Source: an uncultured Gemmatimonadales bacterium
GTDB lineage: Bacteria > Gemmatimonadota > Gemmatimonadetes > Gemmatimonadales > GWC2-71-9
Length of the DNA stretch: 64,000 nucleotides
Assembly: GCA_963748815.1 (NCBI GenBank)
Contig: CAVVKJ010000017.1
Coordinates: 63,567 to 127,566, forward strand
Direction: 5' to 3'
Part shown: in pieces, positions 1 through 9,370 of the stretch
Layout: each line of letters starts with the position of its first letter
Position numbering within the stretch: the stretch's first letter is position 1
Made by a program: the position numbers and the translations under genes
The notes under the pieces: generated by a model
What the model was told of the DNA's origin: nothing
What the model saw: the letters and a program-made list of their open reading frames with translations, nothing else
The model's database searches: none

Positions 1-283
1 TCCCCGCATGCCAGCGTGGATCCCAGACCAGGTGCGGCTCGACGCGCGCAACCTGCGGTACCAGCGAGAGAGCGTCGAGGATGTTTGCGGTGATGAGTTG
101 TTCCATCGGGCAGCCAGGGGTGGTGAGGGTGTACGTGACCGTCACGGCGGGCCCGTCGACCTCGAGGTCGTACACCAGCCCCAGGGTGACGATGTCGAGC
201 CCGATTTCAGGATCAATGACGGTGCGGAGCGCGTCCCACACGAGCCCGTCGAGGGGGGCACCGGGAAAGGCGGCCTGGGTCAT
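1..283 (-). CDS. Metal-sulfur cluster assembly factor (DUF59/SufT/MIP18 family), 3' end runs off the window
   Basis: Hand translation from ATG at 283: MTQAAFPGAPLDGLVWDALRTVIDPEIGLDIVTLGLVYDLEV...TLTTPGCPME, containing the DPE-x-GL and TxxGCP motifs of DUF59. ATGA overlap with the upstream stop. Confidence 0.9.
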   Translation of the reverse strand, partial: MTQAAFPGAPLDGLVWDALRTVIDPEIGLDIVTLGLVYDLEVDGPAVTVTYTLTTPGCPMEQLITANILDALSLVPQVARVEPHLVWDPRWHAG

Positions 284-1547
284 GGGGTTCTCCGTGCCAG
301 CGCAAGCATTTGGGCAGCCTCGACCATGACTCCGGATGTCCAGAGCAGGGCGCCGGTCCGCGCGATCCCGGCCTGCGCCGCCACCACGCCGACCAGGAGC
401 AGCGCAACGCCGAGCAGGAGCAGGGCGCCGGCCGCCCCAGCCAGGCGCGCGGAATAGAGGTCGCTCACCCGTGAGATCTTCCCCTTGCCGGCCAGCGGTC
501 CGAACCGATGATACCAGACGAGGAAGGGGACAATCTTGTAGTAGAGCGCCGCAACGAAGAGGCTGATGCCCAGCACCAGGGCCAGGACGTAGGCCAGCGA
601 CGCGCGCGGAGACGGGTCGATGAGCAGCGCCACGGCGGCGAGCACAAGCGCCGCCGCCAGCACACCAAGGGCGAACGCGGCCGATCGCATGCCAGGATCG
701 AGTGCGGGCCGATGCCGATGGCGATAAAATGCCCGCGCCTGGAGCAGCAGGGCCACGAGGCCGCCACCGAACAGGAGTGTCGGAAGCCAGCGGCTGACGA
801 TTGCCGGCCCATGATGCCCCACCGTGAGCGTCGCGGCGCCGGCGGCCAGCAACCCGACCGCCGCCCTGGCGAAGCGGTCCCCGGCGCCGTGGCTCAGCAG
901 GAACATCGGCAGGAGCCGGTGGGCAACGCCGGCGATGACCAGGAGAACCCACCCGAACAGGGCGACGTGCAGGTGGGTGCGGAGCGCGACCGGCCGCTCG
1001 ACGCCGAGAAAACCCCACTGCCGGTTGCCGGCGAGCGCCAGGCCCAGGACGAGCGTCACCAACAGGAACAGATCCGCGCCCGGCGAGCGCCCACCAGGTG
1101 AGGTCGCGCGCGGTGGCCCGCAGCAGCGTGGCGGCCAGGTTGATGATGAAGACAAGCAGTCCGGTGCCGAGCGACGCTGCGCCGACCAGCATCAGCGGTG
1201 AGATCTGCGAAGATCAGGCCGGCCACGAACACGGCGACGCCCGGCACGTACAGGGCAAAGGCAACGTGGCCGGCGGGAACCGACTTGATCGGTTCGCCGA
1301 GCGCCACGGGAAGGAACTGGTAGAGCGCCCCCATGATGGACGTGGTCATCCAGCCCAGGGTAAAGAGATGCGTCACGCCGAGAACCGCAGGGAGCGGAAA
1401 GGCGCCGGCGGCCAGGTCAGGCGCGACCCAGATCAGCCCGACCGCCCCGAGGCCCAGGAACACGATGGCCGCCGTGAAGTGCTCGCCTGGAAGCCGGAAC
1501 GGCGGGGCCTTGGCGGCGGCCAGGCCCATGGCAGGGCCGCCCGTCAC
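280..1547 (-). CDS. Multi-pass membrane protein with His-bearing helices (heme-copper-oxidase-like/NnrS-like), two frameshifts
   Basis: Joins ORF 1056..1547 (HLFTLGW...GALYQFLPV), an intermediate frame (SPLMLVGAASLGTGLLVFIINL...DLTWWALAG) and ORF 280..1155 (HLHVALFGW...HRLLPMF, YKIVPFLVW). Indels near 1200 and 1085. Confidence 0.65.
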
Positions 1548-2629
1548 GAGAGGCCCGCCCAGTCGGCTGTCGCGAGGTGTCGCATCCCGAGGGCCTCGCG
1601 CACGCCGCGCGCCAGGTGCCGGAAGCAGGCCGCCGTGGGCCCGTCGGCCCGCGCCAGCATTGCAGGAGCCCCAGCATCACCATCGATCACGGTGCTCTCC
1701 TCGAACGGGACTCGGGCCAGCAACGGACTCCCCGTCTTCTCGCTGAGCGCGGCGCCGCCGCCCTGTCCGAAGGGGTGCGAGATCCGGCCGCACTCACACA
1801 CCGCCTCGCTCATGTTCTCCACCACCCCGAGCACCGGCACCCCAAGCTTGCGAAACATCTCGACGGCCTTTCCAGCCTCCAGCACCGCCAGGCGCTGCGG
1901 CGTCGTCACCACCACCGCCCCGCCCACCTCGATGGCCTCCGCCAGGGAGAGCGGCACATCGCCGGTTCCTGGCGGGAGATCGACGACGAGGATGTCCAAC
2001 TCCGGCCAGACCACACCCCGGGCGAATTGCTTGACCGCCTTGCCGACCAGCGGGCCGCGCCAGACCGCGGGTGACTTGGCGCCGAGGAAGAAGCCGAACG
2101 AGACCACCGGCATCCCGAACGCCTGAAGCGGAATGATCTGGTGCTGCTCCGTCATCCGGACGTGGCGAGCGCCATCCTCAATACCCATGAGCACCGGGAC
2201 CGAGGGGCCGTAGATATCGGCGTCGAGCACGCCGACACGAAGGCCCAAGTCCTGGAGCGCCAGCGCCAGGTTGACGGCAACGGTGCTCTTGCCGACGCCG
2301 CCCTTCCCCGCGCCGACCGCGATGACATGCCCGACGCCAGGCAGGCGGACCCGATCGGCCGCGGGCAGTGCCTGGGTGGAGGCGGCGGGTTCAGGCGTGA
2401 GGATCTGGATTTCAGCGCGCACGGCGCCAGCGCGGGCCAGTCGGTCGCCAATTGCCTCGCGGAGCTGATTCGGCACATCCTCGCGCGCCGTTGAGATCCG
2501 GAGGGACACGTGGACTCGGTCGTTGCGAACCGCAATCGAGCGCACCAGCCCGAGGGCCACGATATCCCGGTTGAGCCCCGGATAGGGAACCTCCGCCAAC
2601 GCCGCCCGAACGGCAGCTTCCGTGAGCAT
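1544..2629 (-). CDS. mrp: Mrp/NBP35 (ApbC) Fe-S cluster carrier ATPase
   Basis: GKGGVGKST P-loop, DADIYGPS, DLPPGTGD, VENMSxxxCxC, N-terminal DUF59-like domain. Own GGAGG RBS and ATG at 2629. Confidence 0.92.
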   Translation of the reverse strand: MLTEAAVRAALAEVPYPGLNRDIVALGLVRSIAVRNDRVHVSLRISTAREDVPNQLREAIGDRLARAGAVRAEIQILTPEPAASTQALPAADRVRLPGVGHVIAVGAGKGGVGKSTVAVNLALALQDLGLRVGVLDADIYGPSVPVLMGIEDGARHVRMTEQHQIIPLQAFGMPVVSFGFFLGAKSPAVWRGPLVGKAVKQFARGVVWPELDILVVDLPPGTGDVPLSLAEAIEVGGAVVVTTPQRLAVLEAGKAVEMFRKLGVPVLGVVENMSEAVCECGRISHPFGQGGGAALSEKTGSPLLARVPFEESTVIDGDAGAPAMLARADGPTAACFRHLARGVREALGMRHLATADWAGLS

Positions 2630-3256
2630 TACGCCTCCATCCGGTATGCGCAGGAGGTGTCTCGCCGGCATGTAGCTCACCCGGGTCAGCTCCTCGCCGA
2701 GCAGTCTCCTGATGAGCCCGATTTCCGCCACGCATGGGATCCGCGTCGAGCGGACCAACTCGCGAATCGGGCAGTGGCATAGGCGGAGGCGTGGTGCGCC
2801 GTCGTCCTCCTCGACCACCGCCATGAATCCGAGCTCCGAAAAGATTCGTGCCACTTCGGCGACTCGCGCCCGGCCCCGGAGGTGACGCACCCGCGCCAGT
2901 GCATCGGCCCGGCGTCCGCCGATGCGCCGCTCGAAGAATTCCCGGAGCACTTCGGCCTGCCCCGACTTGACCAGGTGCGCCGCGAGATCCCGGAGGGTTT
3001 CTCCCTCTCGACGCGGAAAGAGCGGGTCGGCCTCCGGCGTGAGGCCGTACACCACCTCCGGGCGGCCGGGACCGCTGCGCTGGGTTCCCTCGCGCCGCAC
3101 CAGCCCGGCACCGACCAGCGACTTCAGGTGTCCACGGATCGTCTCGATGTTGAGCCCCACTTCGGCCGCCAATTCGGGAATGGTGGCGTGACCCCGACGC
3201 TTGAGCAGGTCAAGGATGGATCGCTGGCTTTCACCGAGGCCTGGGGCGCTGATCAT
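2629..3256 (-). CDS. SufR-like HTH transcriptional regulator (frameshifted near the C-terminus)
   Basis: N-terminal wHTH (TIPELAAEVGLNIETIRGHLKSL...GPGRP..Y.LT), CHCP and C..E motifs. The C-terminal DTSCAYRMEA* lies in another frame and ends at a TAA that overlaps the mrp ATG. Confidence 0.8.
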
Positions 3257-3621
3257 CGGCGTCCCACCTGATCGGCCATCATCGTGTCGAGGAACTCCTT
3301 CAGGACCACCGCCTGGTTGTGCTCGGTGTCGTGCGCGGCGTACAGCAGCGTCACGTCGCCGGCCGCAGCGGCCACGAGCAGCGGCGTCAATGCACCAGGG
3401 TTGCGCTCCAGCTCATGGGAGTAGCGACGGTGGAACTCTCGCCACTTCTCGGGATCATGGCCGAACCACCGGCGGAGCTCGGTGCTTGGAGCCACGTCCT
3501 TGAGCCAGGCGTCCAGCTTGAGCGCCGTCTTGCGGACGCCGCGCGGCCAGAGTCGGTCGACAAGAATGACGCGTGACCCATCGTGGGCGGCGGGCTCGTA
3601 GGCGCGTCGGATTCGGATCAT
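3253..3621 (-). CDS. DUF488 family protein (YeaO-like)
   Basis: RxY...LVDRLWPRG...W.K..APS.ELR.WF.H signature; GGAGGGAGG RBS. Confidence 0.9.
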   Translation of the reverse strand: MIRIRRAYEPAAHDGSRVILVDRLWPRGVRKTALKLDAWLKDVAPSTELRRWFGHDPEKWREFHRRYSHELERNPGALTPLLVAAAAGDVTLLYAAHDTEHNQAVVLKEFLDTMMADQVGRR

Positions 3622-3687
3622 CTGTCCTCCCTCCCTCGATGGGGTATCCAGCCTCCAGTGCCGCGGCGAATGGACTCCCCGAAGGGC

Positions 3688-3733
3688 AGCTTAGGGTCAC
3701 GCATTGATATTGTCAAGGCAATGGCCTTGATAA
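3688..3733 (-). promoter_or_regulatory. Sigma70-type promoter (TTGACA-N17-TAAGCT) overlapped by a palindromic operator TTGTCAAGGC-AATG-GCCTTGATAA
   Basis: Minus-strand -35 at 3716-3711 and -10 at 3693-3688 with a 17-bp spacer. Inverted repeat 3710-3719/3724-3733 with one mismatch. AT-rich patch upstream of the DUF488-sufR-mrp operon. Confidence 0.75.
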
Positions 3734-4414
3734 ATAATCGCAGTCACGGAACCTCGGGCGCGGGTGGGTTAGGTGACCGCGGTCCCCGCACCCTCGCGTC
3801 AGTGCCCGGATTCGGGCACGCAACGCCGGCACCACCTGGCGCTCGAACCAGGGGTTCCGCTGGATCCACGGCTGATTGCGCGGCGACGGATGGGGAAGCG
3901 GCAGGAACTCCGGCTCGTATTCCCGCCAGGCCCGGACCGTTGCGGAGAGCGTGGGCTTGCGGCGGCCGGCCAGGAAGTGACGCTGGGCGTACTGTCCGAC
4001 CAGCAAGGTCAACTCGACGCCGGGCAGCCGTGCCAGGAGGTGTGGGAGCCAGAGGCTGGCGCATTCGCGCCGCGGCGCCACATCACCGCCGTTGCCCCGG
4101 CCCGGGTAGCAGTATCCCATGGGGATGATCGCGATCCGTGCTGCGTCATAGAAGGTTTCCGGCTCGACTCCCATCCACCGCCGCAGCCGTTCGCCGCTCG
4201 GGTCGTCCCAGGGAACACCGGTGGTGTGGACCCGGAGCCCGGGCGCCTGCCCTACCACGAGAATGCGGGCGGTCACTCCGGCACAGAGCACCGGGCGCGG
4301 ACCGAGCGGCAACTCCGCCTCGCAGGCGCGACAGGCCCGCACCATGTCCAGGACCGCCGCGAGCGTCGCGTCGGGTGGAATCCGGGCGGCTCCGGTTGGT
4401 GTCGCGAGGGTCAC
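3713..4414 (-). CDS. Uracil-DNA glycosylase family protein
   Basis: CxxC...VGQAPG...PWDDPSG.RLR.W...CYPG...LPHPSPRN. GTG at 4414 overlaps the upstream TGA. Confidence 0.88.
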   Translation of the reverse strand: MTLATPTGAARIPPDATLAAVLDMVRACRACEAELPLGPRPVLCAGVTARILVVGQAPGLRVHTTGVPWDDPSGERLRRWMGVEPETFYDAARIAIIPMGYCYPGRGNGGDVAPRRECASLWLPHLLARLPGVELTLLVGQYAQRHFLAGRRKPTLSATVRAWREYEPEFLPLPHPSPRNQPWIQRNPWFERQVVPALRARIRALTRGCGDRGHLTHPRPRFRDCDYLSRPLP

Positions 4415-4761
4415 GGGGCGGGCGCCGCCTGATCCGCCATCGCCTGGAGCGCAATCACCGAATGCGCAAATGCGCCCCCCGCGCGCATTTCCGCGCCGAC
4501 CCAGATCGCCTCCATGATCTCCTGCTCCGTGGCACCGGCATGCAGCGCCCCCTTCGTGTGCCCCCGGATGCAGTAGGGACACTGGGTCACATGCGCCACC
4601 GCCACGGCCATCAACTGCTTGGTCTTCGCATCCAGCGCCCCCGCCGCAAACACTTGCCGGCTGAACTCCCGGAAAGCGTGATCGGTCTCGGGCGCCAGGT
4701 CCCGCCGCTTGGCCGAGAGCGCCGCGCTCGGGGTCGGATACATCGATGCGTCCTGGTCCAT
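4411..4761 (-). CDS. Carboxymuconolactone decarboxylase/AhpD-like protein
   Basis: GALDAKTKQL.AVAVAH..QCPYCI..H...A...GAT..EI.E motif. Confidence 0.88.
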   Translation of the reverse strand: MDQDASMYPTPSAALSAKRRDLAPETDHAFREFSRQVFAAGALDAKTKQLMAVAVAHVTQCPYCIRGHTKGALHAGATEQEIMEAIWVGAEMRAGGAFAHSVIALQAMADQAAPAP

Positions 4762-4997
4762 TGATCCTGCTCCATTCGTCCGTGGTACCGGGAGCCCTCC
4801 CGTAGGTGAACAGTGTCGCGCGCGTCCGCGCGCGCCAATAGCCCGTTTGTACCATCGGGATCAACACCGATCACGGGGTAGGAGCGATTCAAGGAACCTT
4901 CACCCTCCTTTCACCCCCACCACACCGGTGCGGGTCTACCTTGGTGCCATTCACGACCGCACCCGACGGTCCCATCCCGTCACAAGGAGAGACACCC

Positions 4998-5486
4998 ATG
5001 CCTCAGGTTTCCACCGTGCCCCCCGAGGCCCTGCCCCAGATTCCCAGCGCGCTTCAGGTGGAGCATCGGGTCATCCATGAGGCGCTGCTGCGTGCCACCA
5101 AAGCTCCTGGCGACATCGGCACCGCGGCCCGCGAACTCGCGGGGGCGCTGCATGACCACTTCGTCCGGGAAGAGGAGATCGCGCTGCCCCCGCTCGGCCT
5201 GCTGGCCGCGCTGGCGCGAGGTGAGTTTACGCCCGAGATGCGAGCCGTGCTGCCGATGACCGAGGCGCTGCGGGCCGAACTCCCGCGGATGCTGGACGAG
5301 CACCAGGCGATTCACGCCGCCACGCGCCGGCTGGGCGAGGTGGCGCGGAAGGCCGGGAACGCGGAGGTACAGCAGTTGGCGGAGGCGCTTGCCCTCCACG
5401 CCCAGAGCGAGGAAGAAGTCTTCTATCCCGCGGCGCTGCTCGTTGGCGAGGTCGTTGAGTCCCGCTCGCAGGCGCACGGATCATGA
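4998..5486 (+). CDS. Hemerythrin-like (HHE) domain protein
   Basis: EH..IH, HFVREE, EH.AI, HAQSEEEVFYP di-iron motifs; AAGGAGA RBS before ATG 4998. Confidence 0.82.
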   Translation: MPQVSTVPPEALPQIPSALQVEHRVIHEALLRATKAPGDIGTAARELAGALHDHFVREEEIALPPLGLLAALARGEFTPEMRAVLPMTEALRAELPRMLDEHQAIHAATRRLGEVARKAGNAEVQQLAEALALHAQSEEEVFYPAALLVGEVVESRSQAHGS

Positions 5487-6032
5487 GCGCCATGCTGGAG
5501 CTACCCGACCGGGCCGCGCTCCGGCCCGCGCTACCCGGCCTCGCACTGGCGGTGCTGACCCTGCTGTTTGGCTTCGGCCTTGGGGGAGTGTTCGGCTTGG
5601 ACGAGGATGCCATCAAGTCCCGCCTGTCGGCCTCCGCGGCCGCCGTGCAGGCGTCGGTCTATCAGGGGGACCACGCCACGGCCCAGGCCGTGGTGGCCAA
5701 GTCGTGGACCTACATGCAGCGTGCCCACCTCCACGCCGGGAGCCTCGGCACGGCCGCCGTGGTGCTGACCATCCTCGTTGTCCTGCTTGGCGCTTCGCCC
5801 GGCGTCACCCGCGCCATCAGTATCGGCCTCGGGGCCGGAGCGCTGGGATATTCCGTCTTCTGGATGTGGGCCGGCTTCCTGGCGACCTTCACTCGGGAGT
5901 ACCGGTGCGGCCAAGGAGGCGCTCCGGTGGTTGGCCGTGCCGTCGTCCGGGGCGATCCTGGTGGCCACCTCCGCCGCCGCCGTCCTCTGCGTCCTCCCCC
6001 TCATCCGCCGACGGCGGCCTCCGGAGGCGTGA
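5483..6032 (+). CDS. Conserved hypothetical membrane protein (RAHLHAG motif), frameshift near 5890
   Basis: Hydrophobic helices in ORF 5483; the C-terminus continues in ORF 5778..6032 (GSTGAAKEALRWLAVPSSG...). ATGA overlap with the hemerythrin gene. Confidence 0.65.
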
Positions 6033-6045
6033 CCCGGCGGGCCGT

Positions 6046-6709
6046 TCAGCCGAGTAGTCCCCGCTGCTGCGCGTGGGTCACCGCCTCCAGGCGGGTGCGG
6101 GTGCGCAGCTTCTGGTTGATGTGGTGCAGGTGGTTGCGGAGCGTCTGCGGGGAAATGTCCAATTGGCGGGCGATGGCCGTGGAGTTGCGGCCTGCGGCGA
6201 AGAGCTTGAGGATCCGGCACTCCTGCTCGGACAGCGGGCTCACCGGCGCATGGTGCTGGCGCGTCGTCCACCAGCGCGAGTAGCTGGCGGGCTGCCTCCT
6301 GTGCCCGGCCGAACAGCTCCGCCTGGCGTCGTGTCTGCGTCACATCTCGCGCCAGGCGCATGAACAGTCGGTGCCCGGTGCGCCGGTTATCGAAGACAAT
6401 GGTGGAGACGCCCACCCAGATCAGCGCACCGGACCGCGTGCGGACGCACAGGTCGAAGGTCGGGATGCCACCCGGCGCACCATCCCACTGCCGAGCCGCC
6501 GCCTCGGCGCCTCCCGCGAGCGCGCTGGTGCCCAGCGCGTCGTGGGCCTCGAGCACCTCGTCGATGCTGCGATGGAGCACCTCCTCCGCCGCGTGGCCGA
6601 AGAGCCGTTCCGCAGCGCCATTCCAGAAACAGATCTCACCCTGGTCGGTTACCGCATACGCCGCATCCGCGGTCCGCTCGAACAGCGCGAACAACTCCGC
6701 TTCCAGCAT
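6046..6709 (-). CDS. PAS-domain LuxR-family one-component regulator, frameshift near 6255
   Basis: PAS (DAAYAVTDQGEICFWNGAAERLFG) in ORF 5531..6730; LuxR HTH (LSEQECRILKLFAAG...IARQLDISPQTLRNHL..INQKL....RLEAV) in ORF 6046..6243. Confidence 0.85.
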
Positions 6710-6860
6710 CGGACCCTCGCTCTCGTGCACGCTCGGCGCGTGACAGGCGTACCACCCGACCGTACGATCACTTCATTGTCACCCAGGGCAGGGTTCGTCA
6801 TCCTGCCGGTGTCGTGGCGCGCACAAATGTTGACTGGCATTTCCACTCAGGAGACTCATC

Positions 6861-7287
6861 ATGACACGGCTTGGCACGCTCGCTCTCGCCGCCGGCCTCG
6901 GACTGGGGCTGGTGATCGCATCCCCAGGGGACAGCGGCCGCACAAAAAAAGGCACCCCCCGGTGGAGCCTACAAGGAGGTCAGCACCCTGGTGCCCCTGC
7001 CCAACTACCTGCCCGGCCTCGGAACGCTGTATGTCGATCCAGCGACTTTGCCTGCAGGCCCGTTCCTGGCCTACGACCATCAGGGGAGCCTGGTCAGTTC
7101 AATCTACATGATCCCGCTCAAGGACTTGGACGCCCACAAGGCGTTCACCGATCTCAAGACGGCTCACGAGCCGGTCGATCACGTGGAGATCGTGTACAAT
7201 GCCGGCCACCCCGGCGTGGCAGAGCCGCACTATCACATGATTGTCTGGTATGTGTCGGCCCAACGCGCGGCGAGCCTGGCGAAGTGA
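6861..7287 (+). CDS. Secreted hypothetical protein with a His-rich C-terminus (GHPG...PHYH), frameshifted
   Basis: Signal peptide MTRLGTLALAAGLGLGLVIA after an AGGAG RBS; the mature part is in ORF 6991..7287. Confidence 0.6.
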
Positions 7288-7881
7288 CCAGGCTGGACCG
7301 TCGTGACTTCCTTCGGCTCGGCGGATTGGCATTCGTCGGCCTTGGCGTTGCGCCGGTCCGGCACTTGGCCGGCGCGCGGCGCCTCGGGGTGGCCGGTCAT
7401 CTGGCCACGGCACCCGAGGTGATCGAGATGCGCAGTGACCTGCTGGGTACGAGGGTCTGGTTTGATCCCGTCGGGCTCTACGTGGAACCTGGCACCACAG
7501 TCCGGTGGGTCGCTCGGGAAAACGTCCACACGACCACCGCCTACACTCCGCGCAACGCAAATCACCCGCTCCGCATTCCCGACGGCGCGGTGCCCTCGGA
7601 TTCAGGGTTCCTGGTGCACCCCGGTGACCACTTCGACGTGACGCTGACCGTGCCCGGCGTGTACGACTACTACTGCATGCCGCATGAAGCCGCGGGGATG
7701 GTGGGCCGGATCGTGGTGGGCAGGTCCAACGATTCGGCTGCCCGGCCGTTCGACTACTGGGTGGGGCAACCAGGCACCGACCGGCTGGACCCACGTGCCC
7801 GAGGCCGCGCGAACGACGTTCCCGACGGTGGCGCGGATACTGTCCGAGCGCCGGGTGCATGCGCCGGAAATGGGGAAATAA
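7284..7881 (+). CDS. Tat-exported plastocyanin/azurin-family blue copper protein, frameshift near 7780
   Basis: DRRDFLRL Tat motif; WFDP.G..V.PG.TV.W; HT...; YDYYCMPHEAAGMVGRIVV type-1 Cu ligands. Confidence 0.88.
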
Positions 7882-7882
7882 G

Positions 7883-9310
7883 GTGTCAGTCGGCCAGAGC
7901 CACCTGACGCTCGTGGAGCAGATGGCCCGCTTCGCGTCCCGGGCGTCGTGGGACAACATCTCGGACGCGGCGCGCGAGCAGCTCAAGATCCGCGTGCTGG
8001 ATTCCCTCGGGTGCGCACTGGGGGCGCTCGAAGGGGAGCCGGTGCGCCTGGTCCGGTCGCAGGTAACGGAGTTCGACGGGTCGGGGCCCTGCACACTGTT
8101 CGGCGGCGGCTCCGCCACGCCCGATCGGGCCGCCTTGTACAACTCGGCCCTGGTCCGCTACCTGGATTTCAACGACCGCTACCTCGCGCCCGGCGAAACC
8201 TGTCATCCCAGCGACAACCTCGGTGCCGTCCTCGCCGCAGCGGAGTACGCCGGTGCCTCGGGACGCGACTTCCTCACCGCCCTGGCCCTCGCCTACCAGG
8301 TGCAGTGCCGTCTCAGTGACGTGGCCCCGGTACGCGAGGCCGGATTCGATCACGTGACGCAGGGCGCCTACGCGGTGGCCGCCGGAACCGCCCGGGCACT
8401 CGGCCTCGATGCGGCCCGCACCGCTCACGCCATCGCCATCGCGGGCACCGCCTTCAACGCGCTCCGCGTCACCCGCACCGGTCGGCTTCGCACTGGAAGG
8501 GCCTGCAGCCCCCAATGTGGCCGGTGCCGCGCTGCGCACGACCCTGCTCGCCGGCCGAGGGATCACCGGGCCCCTCGAGGTCTTCGAAGGCGACAAGGGC
8601 TTCATGGACGCGGTGGCCGGCGGCTTCGAGCTCAATTGGCAGGCGGAGGATCTCGATCGCGTCGTCCGGACGATCCTGAAGCGATACAACGCCGAGATTC
8701 ACTCAGCAAAGCGTACTGGACACGGTGCTCACCATCCGGGCGCGGGAGGGGGTCGCCGCCGCCGACGTGATGCGAGTGGACGTCGACGTGTTCGACGTGG
8801 CCTATCGCATTATCGGCGGCGGTGAGGAGGGAGACAAGACGCGTGGTCCACACCAAGGAAGAGGCGGACCACAGCCTGCCCTATCTCGTGGCGCGTGGCC
8901 CTGCTGGACGGCCAGGTGATGCCGGAGCAGTACCGCCGGCTCGATCGGATTCGCGGGACGGACGTGCAGGAGCTCCTGCGGCGGGTGACGGTACGCCCGA
9001 TCCGGCGTTCTCCCGCCGCTTTCCCTCCGAAATGCCCTGCCGCGTCCGTATCACGCTCCGCGACGGACGGGTGGCTGGCGGCAGAAGCAGCGGATTACCC
9101 CGGTTTTGTTACGCGGGGCCGGACGTGGGAGGCGGCGCGGGCCAAGTTCTGCGGACCTGGCGGCACCCTACACCGACGCCAGCCCTGCGGGAGCGGATTC
9201 AGGCCACCGTGTCTGACCTGGAGCGGGTGCCGGTGACCGCGCTGACCCACCTGCTTGCCAGCGCGGGGCTTCCGCGGGTTACGACCACAACCAAGCAGGC
9301 AACGGCGTGA
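7883..9310 (+). CDS. prpD: MmgE/PrpD family protein (2-methylcitrate dehydratase-like), multiple frameshifts
   Basis: LDSLGCALG, RYLDFND...HPSDN, G.TGP..VFEG.KG, KRYNAE.H, ADHSLPY spread over successive frames. Confidence 0.8.
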
Positions 9311-9370
9311 TATCGGCGCCCATGCCACCGGCCACGCACGAGGCTGGCCCAGCCCAGGAGGGGAAGCAGA

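Noticed and set aside
1544..3256. 570-aa HTH-Mrp fusion protein
   Set aside because: An internal RBS+ATG and an out-of-frame Cys-containing C-terminus with a TAATG overlap show two genes joined by an indel.
3704..3716. FNR/DNR box TTGATATTGTCAA
   Set aside because: Spacing is one base short of TTGAT-N4-ATCAA; the site is better explained by the -35 box and the longer palindrome.
6861..7907. 348-aa ORF as one protein
   Set aside because: It is a chimera of a signal peptide, off-frame sequence and the cupredoxin, which has its own Tat signal at 7284.
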